Assembly: GCA_044360315.1 (NCBI GenBank)
Contig: JBIKKO010000005.1
Coordinates: forward strand, 1-59,455
Direction: 5' to 3'
Length of the DNA: 59,455 bases
Origin: Oligoflexales bacterium
GTDB taxonomy: Bacteria; Bdellovibrionota_B; Oligoflexia; Oligoflexales; RGVZ01
Shown here: piece after piece, positions 20,378-29,876 of the stretch
Numbering within the stretch: position 1 is the first letter of the stretch
Layout of the letters: each line of letters opens with the position of its first letter
Program-made: the position numbers and the translations under genes
Notes under the pieces: model-generated
Told to the model about the DNA's origin: nothing
Seen by the model: only the letters and a program-made list of their open reading frames with translations
Database searches by the model: none

Positions 20378-21702
20378 GCGTGGCTCAAGGCATCAGTAAG
20401 CTTCCTGAAGGCACGCTGAATCACCTTCAGAAGAAGATTCTTTATACCCTTCTGTTTCTTGCGATCTATCGTATTGGGGTTCACATTCCAATTGCAGGGG
20501 TAGACGGAGCCGCATTGGCTGAGTTTTTCAAAACTCAGGGCGCCAATCTCTTCGGGATGTTCAACATGTTTTCGGGCGGCGCTTTGGAGCGGTTCAGTGT
20601 GTTCGCTTTGGGTGTGATGCCTTATATCTCAGCTTCGATCATCGCGCAGCTTCTCACGGTGGTTGTTCCCTATTTTGAGCAGCTATCAAAAGAGGGTGAT
20701 GCTGGTCGGCGTAAGATCAACCAGTACACCCGCTACGCGACCATGGTGTTGGCGTTGTTTCAAGGTTATATGATTGCTGCTGGGCTTGAAAGCCAAGGTC
20801 TCCAGGGTGGACGTTTGGTGATTGAAGGCGGTCTTGCATGGCGTCTCATGACGGCTTTAAGTTTGACTGCCGGTACGGCATTTGTGATGTGGTTGGGTGA
20901 GAGAATTACGGAATTCGGGGTTGGCAATGGCATGTCGCTTATTATCTTCTCCGGTATCGTAGCAGGTCTTCCTAAGATTGTGACTGGTACATATTCCCAG
21001 TACACACAGAGTCAGATGGATTTGGGTCGGATTCTGCTTTTGATCGTACTCGTTGCCATCATTATCGCTGGTGTGGTGTTTATGGAGCAGGGTGTACGGC
21101 AGATTCCTGTCCAGTATGCCAAACGCCAAGTTGGTGGTAAGATTTATGGTGGGCAAAATACTCACCTACCTGTGAGACTAAACGCGGCAGGTGTCATTCC
21201 CCCCATTTTCGCAAGCTCCCTGTTACAGTTTCCTCAGACGATTGCAGCGGTGTCCCCTCAGTCCAGATTCGCAGATATTATTAACTCAATGTTCATCCCT
21301 GGTGGGTGGCTCTACAACACGATTTACGTGCTGTTGATCTTGTTCTTCGCATTCTTCTACACGTCAATCACGTTTAAGACTGATGATATCGCAGAGAATC
21401 TAAAGAAGCATGGCGGCTTCATTCCAGGTATCCGTCCAGGCGCTAGGACCTCGGAATATTTGAATAAAATTGTGACGCGGTTGACTATTTCTGGGGCGAT
21501 TTACCTGTCGCTGATATGTGTACTACCAAGCGTATTTGCAGATCAGTTTGGGGTCCAGTTTTATTTTGGTGGAACAAGCCTCTTGATTGTAGTGGGTACG
21601 GCACTCGAAACCTTCAGGCAGATTGAGGCCCATCGCCAATCACTTCGTTACGACACGTTCTTAAAGCGCGGCGTCATTAGGCCTCGTGGGAGTGGTGTAT
21701 GA
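20374..21702 (+). CDS. secY: Preprotein translocase subunit SecY
   Basis: [41 protein letters not shown]. Confidence 0.98.
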   Translation: MSVAQGISKLPEGTLNHLQKKILYTLLFLAIYRIGVHIPIAGVDGAALAEFFKTQGANLFGMFNMFSGGALERFSVFALGVMPYISASIIAQLLTVVVPYFEQLSKEGDAGRRKINQYTRYATMVLALFQGYMIAAGLESQGLQGGRLVIEGGLAWRLMTALSLTAGTAFVMWLGERITEFGVGNGMSLIIFSGIVAGLPKIVTGTYSQYTQSQMDLGRILLLIVLVAIIIAGVVFMEQGVRQIPVQYAKRQVGGKIYGGQNTHLPVRLNAAGVIPPIFASSLLQFPQTIAAVSPQSRFADIINSMFIPGGWLYNTIYVLLILFFAFFYTSITFKTDDIAENLKKHGGFIPGIRPGARTSEYLNKIVTRLTISGAIYLSLICVLPSVFADQFGVQFYFGGTSLLIVVGTALETFRQIEAHRQSLRYDTFLKRGVIRPRGSGV

Positions 21703-22349
21703 TCATCGTCCTCATGGGGGCTCCTGGTGCTGGTAAAGGCACTCAGGCTGATTTGCTGAGCGATCGAGCTGGCTATCGTAAAGTTTCCACAGGGGACGCG
21801 TTGCGTAAGCACGTCAAACTTGGCACATCTGTAGGTAAACAGGCAGCAGAAATTATGGCTAAGGGTGAGTTAGTTCCCGACGGAGTTCTGCTTCAGGTTC
21901 TTAAAGAGGAGTTGGGGTCGAACCCTAAAGAGACCGTTATATTGGACGGTTATCCACGCAACTTAAGTCAGGCTGAAACGTTGAAAGAGGTTGTTGAGGG
22001 CGTGCACCCGGTGGTTTGCTGTGCTCACTTAGACTTGGGTCGAGAGGACATCATCGCCCGGCTTAGCGGACGTAGGACTTGTTCTGGATGCGGTGCTTCC
22101 TATCATGTCTCCGCAAACCCTCCGAAAAAAGAAGGTGTGTGTGATAGGTGCGGATCTGCGTTGGTGCAGAGACCAGATGACGAAAGTGAGAGCATTGCGG
22201 TTAGGTTGGATGTGTACGAGAGAGCTACGGCTCCTGTTTTGGATTACTACCGTCAGCGAGGACTATACAAGCGCGTAAACGGGTCGGGCCAAACTGATCA
22301 AATATTTGGGGATCTTAGCGGTATTATCAACTCTTGTCTAAATTCGTGA
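21699..22349 (+). CDS. adk: Adenylate kinase with zinc-binding lid
   Basis: GAPGAGKGTQA, LDGYPR, CxxC...CxxC lid, QRPDD. Confidence 0.97.
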   Translation: MIIVLMGAPGAGKGTQADLLSDRAGYRKVSTGDALRKHVKLGTSVGKQAAEIMAKGELVPDGVLLQVLKEELGSNPKETVILDGYPRNLSQAETLKEVVEGVHPVVCCAHLDLGREDIIARLSGRRTCSGCGASYHVSANPPKKEGVCDRCGSALVQRPDDESESIAVRLDVYERATAPVLDYYRQRGLYKRVNGSGQTDQIFGDLSGIINSCLNS

Positions 22350-22429
22350 CAAATCAGTTGATTTTTGGGTGAAACTTGTGTAAGGTGCAGCCTCATTTTC
22401 TAGGGGCTGCGGTTTCGGAGAGAAGGCGC

Positions 22430-22648
22430 ATGGCAAAGGAAGACGTGATTGAGGTTGATGGGGTTGTTAAAGAGCCTTTGCCCAACGCGATGTTCAAAGT
22501 GACTTTAGAGAATGGTCATGAAGTGTTAGCCCACATCAGTGGCAAGATGCGGATGCACTTCATTAAGATTCTGCCCGGTGACAAGGTTAAGTTGGAGATT
22601 TCTCCATATGATTTGTCTCGGGGTCGTATCACTTATCGTGCAAAGTAG
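22430..22648 (+). CDS. infA: Translation initiation factor IF-1
   Basis: [26 protein letters not shown]. Confidence 0.98.
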   Translation: MAKEDVIEVDGVVKEPLPNAMFKVTLENGHEVLAHISGKMRMHFIKILPGDKVKLEISPYDLSRGRITYRAK

Positions 22649-22660
22649 TGGAGTGTAGAA

Positions 22661-22774
22661 ATGAAAGTTCGAACAAGTGTTAAGCCTATTTGTGAGAAGT
22701 GCAAGGTCATCAAACGTCGTGGTGTCGTTCGCGTGATCTGTTCTATTGGTAAGCATAAACAAGCTCAAGGATAA
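22661..22774 (+). CDS. rpmJ: 50S ribosomal protein L36
   Basis: Manual translation [37 protein letters not shown] (37 aa, too short for the ORF track). Confidence 0.97.
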   Translation: MKVRTSVKPICEKCKVIKRRGVVRVICSIGKHKQAQG

Positions 22775-22791
22775 TTTTGGAGTAACGACAG

Positions 22792-23172
22792 ATGGCTCGT
22801 ATCGCCGGTGTTGACCTTCCGGGTAACAAAAAAATCGCAATCGCATTAACCAGTATCTATGGAATTGGCCGTCGCCAGGCTCAGCGTATTATTGCTGAAG
22901 CCGGTGTTAATCCGGACATTCGCGCCAATGATCTAAACCAAGCAGACACGAACGCGATCCGTAAAGTGATCGAAGCGTCTTTGTTGGTTGAAGGTGATCT
23001 GAAGCGTGAGGTTGGGCTTTCCATCAAGCGCCTCATGGACCTTAGTTGCTATCGTGGCTCCCGCCACCGTAGAAACTTGCCGGTTCGGGGTCAGCGCACC
23101 AAGACGAACGCTAGGACGCGTAAAGGTCCGCGTAAGACTGTGGCCAATAAGAAGAAGGCAACCCCAGCTTAA
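22792..23172 (+). CDS. rpsM: 30S ribosomal protein S13
   Basis: [25 protein letters not shown]. Confidence 0.98.
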   Translation: MARIAGVDLPGNKKIAIALTSIYGIGRRQAQRIIAEAGVNPDIRANDLNQADTNAIRKVIEASLLVEGDLKREVGLSIKRLMDLSCYRGSRHRRNLPVRGQRTKTNARTRKGPRKTVANKKKATPA

Positions 23173-23242
23173 TAGTCTCAGGGAGGTTTTTTCCTCCTGA
23201 GCCAAACTGGGTGAAAAATTATTCATAACTGGAGAATTTCTG

Positions 23243-23641
23243 ATGTCGACTGTGAAGACCGCAGGGGTCGCAAAAAAGAAAAAGACGCGCAAGGCTAGCC
23301 CAGCCGGCGTAGCTCACATCCAAGCAACGTTTAACAATACGATTGTAACGATCACAGACCTAAACGGGGAAGTGATCACTTGGTCAACCTCGGGTGGCAA
23401 AGGATTTAAGGGATCTCGTAAAAGTACTCCGTTTGCCGCGCAGGTTGCTGCTGAAGATGCAGGACGCCGAGCAATGGATGCTGGAATGCGCTCAATCGCA
23501 GTATTAGTAAAGGGTCCTGGGTCTGGTCGCGAGAGTGCTGTTCGAGCCCTTGCCGCTGCTGGTCTAAAAGTAACGATGATTAAGGATGTGACGCCAATCC
23601 CTCATAACGGTTGCCGTCCCTCCAAGCGTCGTCGTGTTTGA
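23243..23641 (+). CDS. rpsK: 30S ribosomal protein S11
   Basis: [29 protein letters not shown]. Confidence 0.98.
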   Translation: MSTVKTAGVAKKKKTRKASPAGVAHIQATFNNTIVTITDLNGEVITWSTSGGKGFKGSRKSTPFAAQVAAEDAGRRAMDAGMRSIAVLVKGPGSGRESAVRALAAAGLKVTMIKDVTPIPHNGCRPSKRRRV

Positions 23642-23673
23642 TATTGAATTGAAAGAATCCAAGGAGTTCCAAA

Positions 23674-24300
23674 ATGGCGCTTTATCATGGTCCTGTTTGT
23701 CGCTTCTGCCGACGTGAAAATCAGAAGCTGTTTTTGAAAGGCGATCGCTGCTTTACAGAGCGGTGTTCATTTGAACGTCGTGCTTATGCTCCTGGTCAAC
23801 ACGGCCAAAAGCGCGGCAAGATTTCTGAGTTCGGGCAGCAGCTTCGAGAAAAGCAAAAGGTGCGACGGGTTTATGGGTTGACCGAGAAATCCATGCGTTT
23901 AACCTTTGAGAAAGCCGCTTCGACGCGAGGTGTTACCTCGGACATCTTTTTCCGCAATTTGGAGCAGCGTTTAGATAATGTTGTCTTCAGAATGGGCTTT
24001 GCGCGTAGCCGCAGCGAGGCGCGGCAGATCGTTCGTCACAACCATATCCTTGTGAATGGGAAGCGCCTAAACATTCCTAGTGCAAAACTCGCCGTAGGTG
24101 ATGTCGTGACGATCAGCGAGAAAAGCCGTACGATGCCAGTTTTCCCATTGGCTGCTGAGCTGTTCTCCAAGAGAGCCGCCATTCAGTGGGTTGATGTTGA
24201 TCACAAAGGGTTCACTGGTAAAGTGACTGCAGCCCCAACACGTGATGATATTCATCTGAACGTGAAAGAGCGCATGATCGTTGAGCTTTACAACAAGTAA
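23674..24300 (+). CDS. rpsD: 30S ribosomal protein S4
   Basis: CRFCRRE zinc motif, PGQHG, LREKQK, RLDNVVFR. Confidence 0.98.
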   Translation: MALYHGPVCRFCRRENQKLFLKGDRCFTERCSFERRAYAPGQHGQKRGKISEFGQQLREKQKVRRVYGLTEKSMRLTFEKAASTRGVTSDIFFRNLEQRLDNVVFRMGFARSRSEARQIVRHNHILVNGKRLNIPSAKLAVGDVVTISEKSRTMPVFPLAAELFSKRAAIQWVDVDHKGFTGKVTAAPTRDDIHLNVKERMIVELYNK

Positions 24301-24360
24301 AATTTCGGACTTCGTCAGACGAGTGAAGTGTCTGCGAAGTCTTTTGAGCGGAGATCTAGT

Positions 24361-25371
24361 ATGCATCGCAATTGGCAAGATCTGATTACTCCAAAGAACC
24401 TTGAAACCGAAGTATGCAATGATACATACGGTAAATTCGTGGCCAAGCCTTTAGAGCGCGGTTACGGCCTGACCTTGGGAAACTCATTGCGGCGTGTATT
24501 GCTATCGAGTTTGAACGGTGCTGCGATTGTGGCTGTGCGAATTGTTGGCGTTGATCATGAGTTTTCAACAATCGCTGGTGTTAAAGAAGACGTTACGGAT
24601 TTGATTTTAAATCTCAAGCAAGTCAATATGCGTTATCGTGGTGATGGAGATGCTACAGTTCGCTTGAAAGCAAGTGGTCAAGGCGTTGTCACCGCGGGTC
24701 AGATTGAGACAAGTGGGGACGTTGAGATTCTTAATCCAGAGCAGATTATCGCGCACTTGGATGCCGATGGTAAGCTTGACATGGAGATGGTGGTTCGGCT
24801 AGGTCGCGGTTATGTATCAGCTGATGAAAATCGTTCTGAAGATCTGCCCGTAGGTATGATATCAATCGATTCGATTTTCGCTCCGGTTCGTCGTGTGTCA
24901 TACAGCGTTTCAAATGCTCGCGTTGGTCAGATGACGGACTACGACAAATTGACCATTGAAGTTTGGACAAACGGTGCTGAGCGTCCTGATGATGCTTTGG
25001 CTTATGCTGCTAAGATCTTAAAAGAGCAATTGACGATCTTCGTAAATTTCGATGAGGTAGAAGAAGAGGCTGCTGCTCGTGTGGTCTCTGCGCCGGCTTC
25101 TGTCGCTATGAACGATAACCTTTACAAGGAAGTCAGCACGCTTGAGCTTAGTGTTCGAGCTGCAAACTGTCTTGAGAATGCAAACATCAAGTACATTGGT
25201 GAGTTAGTGACACGATCCGAAGGCGAGATGCTTAAGACTAAGAATTTCGGCCGGAAGTCTTTGAACGAGATCAAGGACCTCCTTGCAGAGATGGGTCTGT
25301 CGCTCGGTATGAAGATTGAGGGTTTTGATCCAAGCACGTTGCGTGGCCGTGAAGGTCACCAGAACGATTAA
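24361..25371 (+). CDS. rpoA: RNA polymerase subunit alpha
   Basis: [36 protein letters not shown]; alternative GTG start at 24328. Confidence 0.98.
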   Translation: MHRNWQDLITPKNLETEVCNDTYGKFVAKPLERGYGLTLGNSLRRVLLSSLNGAAIVAVRIVGVDHEFSTIAGVKEDVTDLILNLKQVNMRYRGDGDATVRLKASGQGVVTAGQIETSGDVEILNPEQIIAHLDADGKLDMEMVVRLGRGYVSADENRSEDLPVGMISIDSIFAPVRRVSYSVSNARVGQMTDYDKLTIEVWTNGAERPDDALAYAAKILKEQLTIFVNFDEVEEEAAARVVSAPASVAMNDNLYKEVSTLELSVRAANCLENANIKYIGELVTRSEGEMLKTKNFGRKSLNEIKDLLAEMGLSLGMKIEGFDPSTLRGREGHQND

Positions 25372-25403
25372 TAGTTGTGATTTGTTAGGAAACGAGGATT
25401 GTC

Positions 25404-25787
25404 ATGAGACATTTGAATGGATACAGAAAATTAGGTCGGAAATCAGCCCATCGTAAGGCTATGTTGAGAAATATGGCGACGTCTCTTGTATTGCACGAGA
25501 GAATCGACACTACTTTGCAAAAGGCAAAAGAAGTACGTTCGCTTGTGGAAAAAATGATTACCCTAGGAAAGCGTGGGGATCTTCACTCTCGTCGTTTGGC
25601 TGGTAGTTTCTTATTTGATGACGAGGCTGTGGCGAAGGTGTTCAGCGGGTTGGCAACACGATTCAAAGATAGGCCGGGCGGCTATACGCGAATCTTGAAG
25701 AAGGGCTTCCGGGTCGGGGACTCAGCGGACCTAGCTACGCTGGAGTTCGTTGATTTTGAAGTCAAGACAGCTGCGGCTGAGAAGTAA
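25404..25787 (+). CDS. rplQ: 50S ribosomal protein L17
   Basis: [20 protein letters not shown]. Confidence 0.98.
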   Translation: MRHLNGYRKLGRKSAHRKAMLRNMATSLVLHERIDTTLQKAKEVRSLVEKMITLGKRGDLHSRRLAGSFLFDDEAVAKVFSGLATRFKDRPGGYTRILKKGFRVGDSADLATLEFVDFEVKTAAAEK

Positions 25788-25816
25788 TCGTTGACTGGAT
25801 CAATTTTTAATCAGAA

Positions 25817-25850
25817 GGCGTCGGGTTAGTCACCCGGCGTTTTTTTGTTT
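25817..25850 (+). terminator. Intrinsic terminator of the ribosomal protein cluster
   Basis: GGCGTCGGGT-TAGTC-ACCCGGCGTT stem followed by a T tract. Confidence 0.85.
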
Positions 25851-26128
25851 AACTTGTTGATATTTTAGTTATGCCTTTTTTCGTGATCTAACGCGAAGGG
25901 GATTGGTTTCGGTTTTAAGCAGATTGCTCTTGGGATTGTGGTTGGTCGTTTCCTTTGATCTTTAGGTAAAGCCCCCACTCTTTTTGTGAGCATGAACCCT
26001 TATGGGTGCTCGCTTTCAGCCCCGAGCCAGTGGTTTATCTTTTAGTTGATGGTGCTGATGGGTCGGATATAGGACTTCCTCACAAACGATGCTAAAATGA
26101 GTGGGTTGCTCAGGTTTCAATCGTTCTG

Positions 26129-26566
26129 ATGTCGGGGGCAAAGATGTTGCGTTTAACTTTTTTGTGCGCTTTGGCTGGACTATGGTTGATGTCTTGTAGC
26201 CGCTCTGAAGGTGGCCGTACGCGGACGGTGAGGGAAAGCTTGGATCTGTGGACCTTTAGGCATCTTGGGACAATGGTCTTTGATTCTGTTCCCCGTGAAG
26301 ACTTGCGCAGTGTTCATCTTGCCGGCGTTGGTTTATTGAATCGGGATGTGCTTGTTAGCGGCGTTGTCGACGCTTCTGGGGCAGAGGGGACATACGTCGT
26401 TTTAGTCGATGAGACTGCGCGTATGTTGGTTGATACGACTCGGCTTAGTGCAGCTGGATTCTCTCCTGAGGGAATTCAGGGGCGTAAGTTAATTATTCAT
26501 GGTGAAGTTAAAAGCGGTGAACGCGGGCATATTTATTTGATGGCTAACGGCTTCAGAAAGGGGTAG
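26129..26566 (+). CDS. Hypothetical lipoprotein, possibly OB-fold
   Basis: Signal peptide with LMSC lipobox-like site; beta-rich V.G.V...I.G.V pattern. Confidence 0.55.
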   Translation: MSGAKMLRLTFLCALAGLWLMSCSRSEGGRTRTVRESLDLWTFRHLGTMVFDSVPREDLRSVHLAGVGLLNRDVLVSGVVDASGAEGTYVVLVDETARMLVDTTRLSAAGFSPEGIQGRKLIIHGEVKSGERGHIYLMANGFRKG

Positions 26567-26575
26567 CCCTCGTTC

Positions 26576-27664
26576 ATGCGTTTGTTTTGGTATATATTTA
26601 GAGATTATGTAAAATACGTCGTCGGAACGATTACCGTATGCTTGTTTTTGTTTGTGTTGTTTGATTTCATCCACAAAACAACGAGATACTTCCCAACTTA
26701 CAAACCTGCCTTTGAGCTTATCGTCAAGATGTATGCCTATCAGATGCCTCTGCACTTTAGTCAGGCTCTGCCGATAGCATCCTTATTGGCCAGTGTTATC
26801 ACAATGGTTTTGCTTAGTCGAACGAACGAGATCACCGCCATGCGCGCGGCAGGTCTCGGGCCATGGCGGATTGGCTTGCCGTTGGCGATGGGCGGCCTAG
26901 TGTTGACGGTATTGGCCTATGTGGTAAACGAGCGGGTCATCCCCCGTTCCTCATCGCAGTTAAGATATGTTCAAGAGGTTTTAATTGAAGGCGGTCAGGC
27001 CGAAGAAATTGCAAGTCACACACGCTGGCAGAGGCGCGGCAATACGATTATTAACTTTAGAGACTACGATGCGGGATCACAGACGATTGTCGGGCTCAAT
27101 ATGGTGGAGGTTCGGCCGAGCTTTAAGCCAGATCGGATGATTGAAGCTGCATCTGCAAAGTTTTCACCCGATGCTGATGTTTGGGATGCCAACGATATTC
27201 GCATCACTTATTTTAATGAGGACGGTACCATTGATTTTTCGGAGGTTAGAAAATCATTGACGGTCCGTCTGAACGTGGATCCAAAAAAACTCATGCGGGA
27301 TCGTCGTGCCCCTGATGAGATGAGTCTTGTGGAACTGCGTGAGTTGATTCAGCGTGGCGAACGAAGTGGTGTAGATACCCTGGAGTTTCGCGTCGATTTT
27401 CATGTGAAGCTTGCTTATCCTTTGGCGGCGTTTGCGGTTAGTTTGATTGGGTTGAATTTTGGCTATCGTTCAGAAAGAACCACGGAAACGGCCCGTAGCG
27501 TATTGATGGCATTTTCGATTGGCATAAGTTATTGGTTTATTCTAAACGCAGTGAAAGCCCTAGGGAAAAGAGGATCCATACCACCGTTTGTTGCAGGCTG
27601 GTTTGCTGATTTTTACATTATGGCTGTGATTGCACTGCAGTTTTGGCGGGCCAGGCGCGATTAG
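26576..27664 (+). CDS. LptF/LptG-family LPS export permease (LptG-like)
   Basis: LP..LLA...L.RTNEITAMRAAG, NERVIP, P.EMSL.EL, KLAYP; 3+3 TM layout. Confidence 0.88.
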   Translation: MRLFWYIFRDYVKYVVGTITVCLFLFVLFDFIHKTTRYFPTYKPAFELIVKMYAYQMPLHFSQALPIASLLASVITMVLLSRTNEITAMRAAGLGPWRIGLPLAMGGLVLTVLAYVVNERVIPRSSSQLRYVQEVLIEGGQAEEIASHTRWQRRGNTIINFRDYDAGSQTIVGLNMVEVRPSFKPDRMIEAASAKFSPDADVWDANDIRITYFNEDGTIDFSEVRKSLTVRLNVDPKKLMRDRRAPDEMSLVELRELIQRGERSGVDTLEFRVDFHVKLAYPLAAFAVSLIGLNFGYRSERTTETARSVLMAFSIGISYWFILNAVKALGKRGSIPPFVAGWFADFYIMAVIALQFWRARRD

Positions 27665-27789
27665 GTTTAAGGTTATCTTGGGACATGTGCCTGGGCCAAG
27701 ATCATCACCACTGCAGCAACGTCTCCGAGGTCCGTAAAGTACGGCGTCATACCTTCATCAAACGTAGGGATGGCGAACGCTACCCTACC

Positions 27790-28827
27790 CTACTGATCAA
27801 TTTTCCTAATGGTTGTTCGAAGATGCTGATCGCTGAGCCATTTATTTGTCTGGTTTTGGAGTTCAAGCAAACGCAGCTCTTGATCAAGTTTAGCTTTTTT
27901 TGCGGCAAAATCGCGATTTTCACCCAGTTTCTTCTCTACTAATTGAAAGATCATCAGCCCCCCGGGCATTGAAATGGGTGCTGTAAATTCTCCCGTTTTG
28001 AGGGGTTCAATCGCAGACTTTAGTGTGCCTGAAAGGTCTTTTAGTTTGAGTATGATCGGCTTTTGCTCTGTCTTTTTCGCCTCAGGGTCATCACTGTAAA
28101 GACCCATGGCGTCTGTGAAGTCCAGTCCAGCCTTGAGTTTGGCGTGGATATCGTTAGCTAAGGTCCTCTTGGCCGCAACCAGGTCTTTGTTCATGTTGGC
28201 ATCAATTCGAATCAAGATTTGTCGTAAACTTACGTCAACTAAGTCGTTGCTGGACTCGCCATTTTGGCTTAGGTAGTAGGTCTCCACATCTTTTTCTGTG
28301 ACCTTGATCGACGGTGCTATGACCCGCCTTTGAAAGCGGCGTAGTACCATCTGATTCCGGAAGTCGCGGCGATAGTTCTCGAGAGTTTCTCCCTCTTGAG
28401 CTAGCAGCTCTGAGAGTTTGTCTTTTGAAATCTTTTGTTCCTCAAGATAACGATTGATCTCCTGATCAAGGTCCGCATCGACGACTTCAATGTCTAAATC
28501 TTTTGCGGCACTCATGATCAACTCAAAATTGATGGCATCATTGAGGGCCCGGGCTTCGGCAGGAGCGTCCGCCGTGGCGGGGTACTCACTAACAACGACC
28601 GCTGGGCCTACATCAATTTTGCGACGAACATCGCGGTAGAAGATCGGACGTCCGTTGACCAGAGCCAGAACCCGGTCGATCAAGACCTCACTGGGATCGG
28701 GTGCTGCGGCAGCTGGACTGCTGGGGACGGAAGCCTTTGCTGCGGTGCTGGGGGCTTCCGTGGCGGTTGCGGCCTGGCTGAGCAATGGATTCAAGAAAGC
28801 CAAAAAGAACAATGTTTTAAAAGTCAT
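27790..28827 (-). CDS. SurA-like periplasmic chaperone/PPIase
   Basis: Signal peptide, IDRVLALVNG.PI, LRQILI, YSDD parvulin-like domain. Confidence 0.8.
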   Translation of the reverse strand: MTFKTLFFLAFLNPLLSQAATATEAPSTAAKASVPSSPAAAAPDPSEVLIDRVLALVNGRPIFYRDVRRKIDVGPAVVVSEYPATADAPAEARALNDAINFELIMSAAKDLDIEVVDADLDQEINRYLEEQKISKDKLSELLAQEGETLENYRRDFRNQMVLRRFQRRVIAPSIKVTEKDVETYYLSQNGESSNDLVDVSLRQILIRIDANMNKDLVAAKRTLANDIHAKLKAGLDFTDAMGLYSDDPEAKKTEQKPIILKLKDLSGTLKSAIEPLKTGEFTAPISMPGGLMIFQLVEKKLGENRDFAAKKAKLDQELRLLELQNQTNKWLSDQHLRTTIRKIDQ

Positions 28828-29876
28828 TGCATGATCCCCGAGCTTGGCGATGTTACCGAGATAGCATTCATCGCAGTGTTCAGCCAGCGTTGAAAAGCGT
28901 CGAGCTGTTTCGTACGTATCAGCTCAGCTCGTATCTCAGGCGTGGCCTCAGTAAGAGAGATGGTCTGCGGCGGTAGTTTCTGAACCGGCATAATGATGTG
29001 AAACCCGTACTCAGATTTAATCACACCGCTGATATCTCCAGCGTTCATCGAGAACACAATATCAAAAAGCGTTGGAAGTTGCTCCTTCGAAAATGGACCG
29101 ATGAGCCCTCCGTTTGCAGCCTCAGGAGTGATGGAGTGTTTCTTTGCTAAATCACTGAAATTACTTTGTTTTATGGACTTTCGAAGCTCATTTGCCAGGT
29201 CTTCCTTAGCGACAACCACCTGCCGCAAGAGGACGCGAACAGGTTTTCGGTATGATTTTTCGTGGGTCCGATAATAGGAGGCAATCTCGGTGTCGGCTAC
29301 CGTGACTGACTTGAAGATCTGCTCTTCCAGGTACTGTCTAACGATGGACTCCTCGCAGACTTTTGTTTTAAGTCGTTCGCGGCTTTGGGGTGCTGCAAAA
29401 AATTCTGGATTTGATTGAGTCACGTCTTGAACTTCTGCGAGGCATTTTGAGTAACGGGCTGGATCACTTAGGTCAAAACCGCGAACCTTATCCTGGATAT
29501 ATCGATAAAGCACCTTACGCTCGATAACCGATGACACAATGCGTTCTCGCAATTCCGGTCCATCCTGAACGTCGATCTTGGAAGGCTTTGCGCTATCGTC
29601 ACTTTTGGGTAAACCAAACTGCTCATCGTGGTGCTGGGAAATCGAGACCCTTGTGTGTAGTTCTAGCTCCCAGGCGAAATCACCTGGAGATATCTTGGTG
29701 CCACCAACCTCAATGACTTGAAACTCGGTCTGACTATCAGATTTTGGTGGTGGTTGCGACGAAAGTTCTGGCAGATTGTCCGCTGTCGGGAGTGGTTTGC
29801 TGAAAAATTTCCAAATGGCAAATCCACTGAAAAGACAGAGCATAACAAATACTAAAGGTTTAAAACGCGTATTCAT
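28824..29876 (-). CDS. Parvulin-type peptidyl-prolyl isomerase (PrsA/PpiC-like)
   Basis: FSDLAKKHS, NGG.IG, VIKSEYGFHII; N-terminal membrane anchor. Confidence 0.85.
   Translation of the reverse strand: MNTRFKPLVFVMLCLFSGFAIWKFFSKPLPTADNLPELSSQPPPKSDSQTEFQVIEVGGTKISPGDFAWELELHTRVSISQHHDEQFGLPKSDDSAKPSKIDVQDGPELRERIVSSVIERKVLYRYIQDKVRGFDLSDPARYSKCLAEVQDVTQSNPEFFAAPQSRERLKTKVCEESIVRQYLEEQIFKSVTVADTEIASYYRTHEKSYRKPVRVLLRQVVVAKEDLANELRKSIKQSNFSDLAKKHSITPEAANGGLIGPFSKEQLPTLFDIVFSMNAGDISGVIKSEYGFHIIMPVQKLPPQTISLTEATPEIRAELIRTKQLDAFQRWLNTAMNAISVTSPSSGIMQ

Noticed and set aside
23177-23201. Hairpin between rpsM and rpsK
   Set aside because: No U tail; intercistronic hairpins are routine and nothing supports a specific role
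11302-25337. Many antisense and alternate-frame ORFs over the ribosomal protein cluster
   Set aside because: Shadow ORFs of well-conserved genes with no recognisable motifs
25850-26128. Possible 6S-like RNA after rplQ
   Set aside because: Only short motif resemblance; no long closing stem or central bubble found
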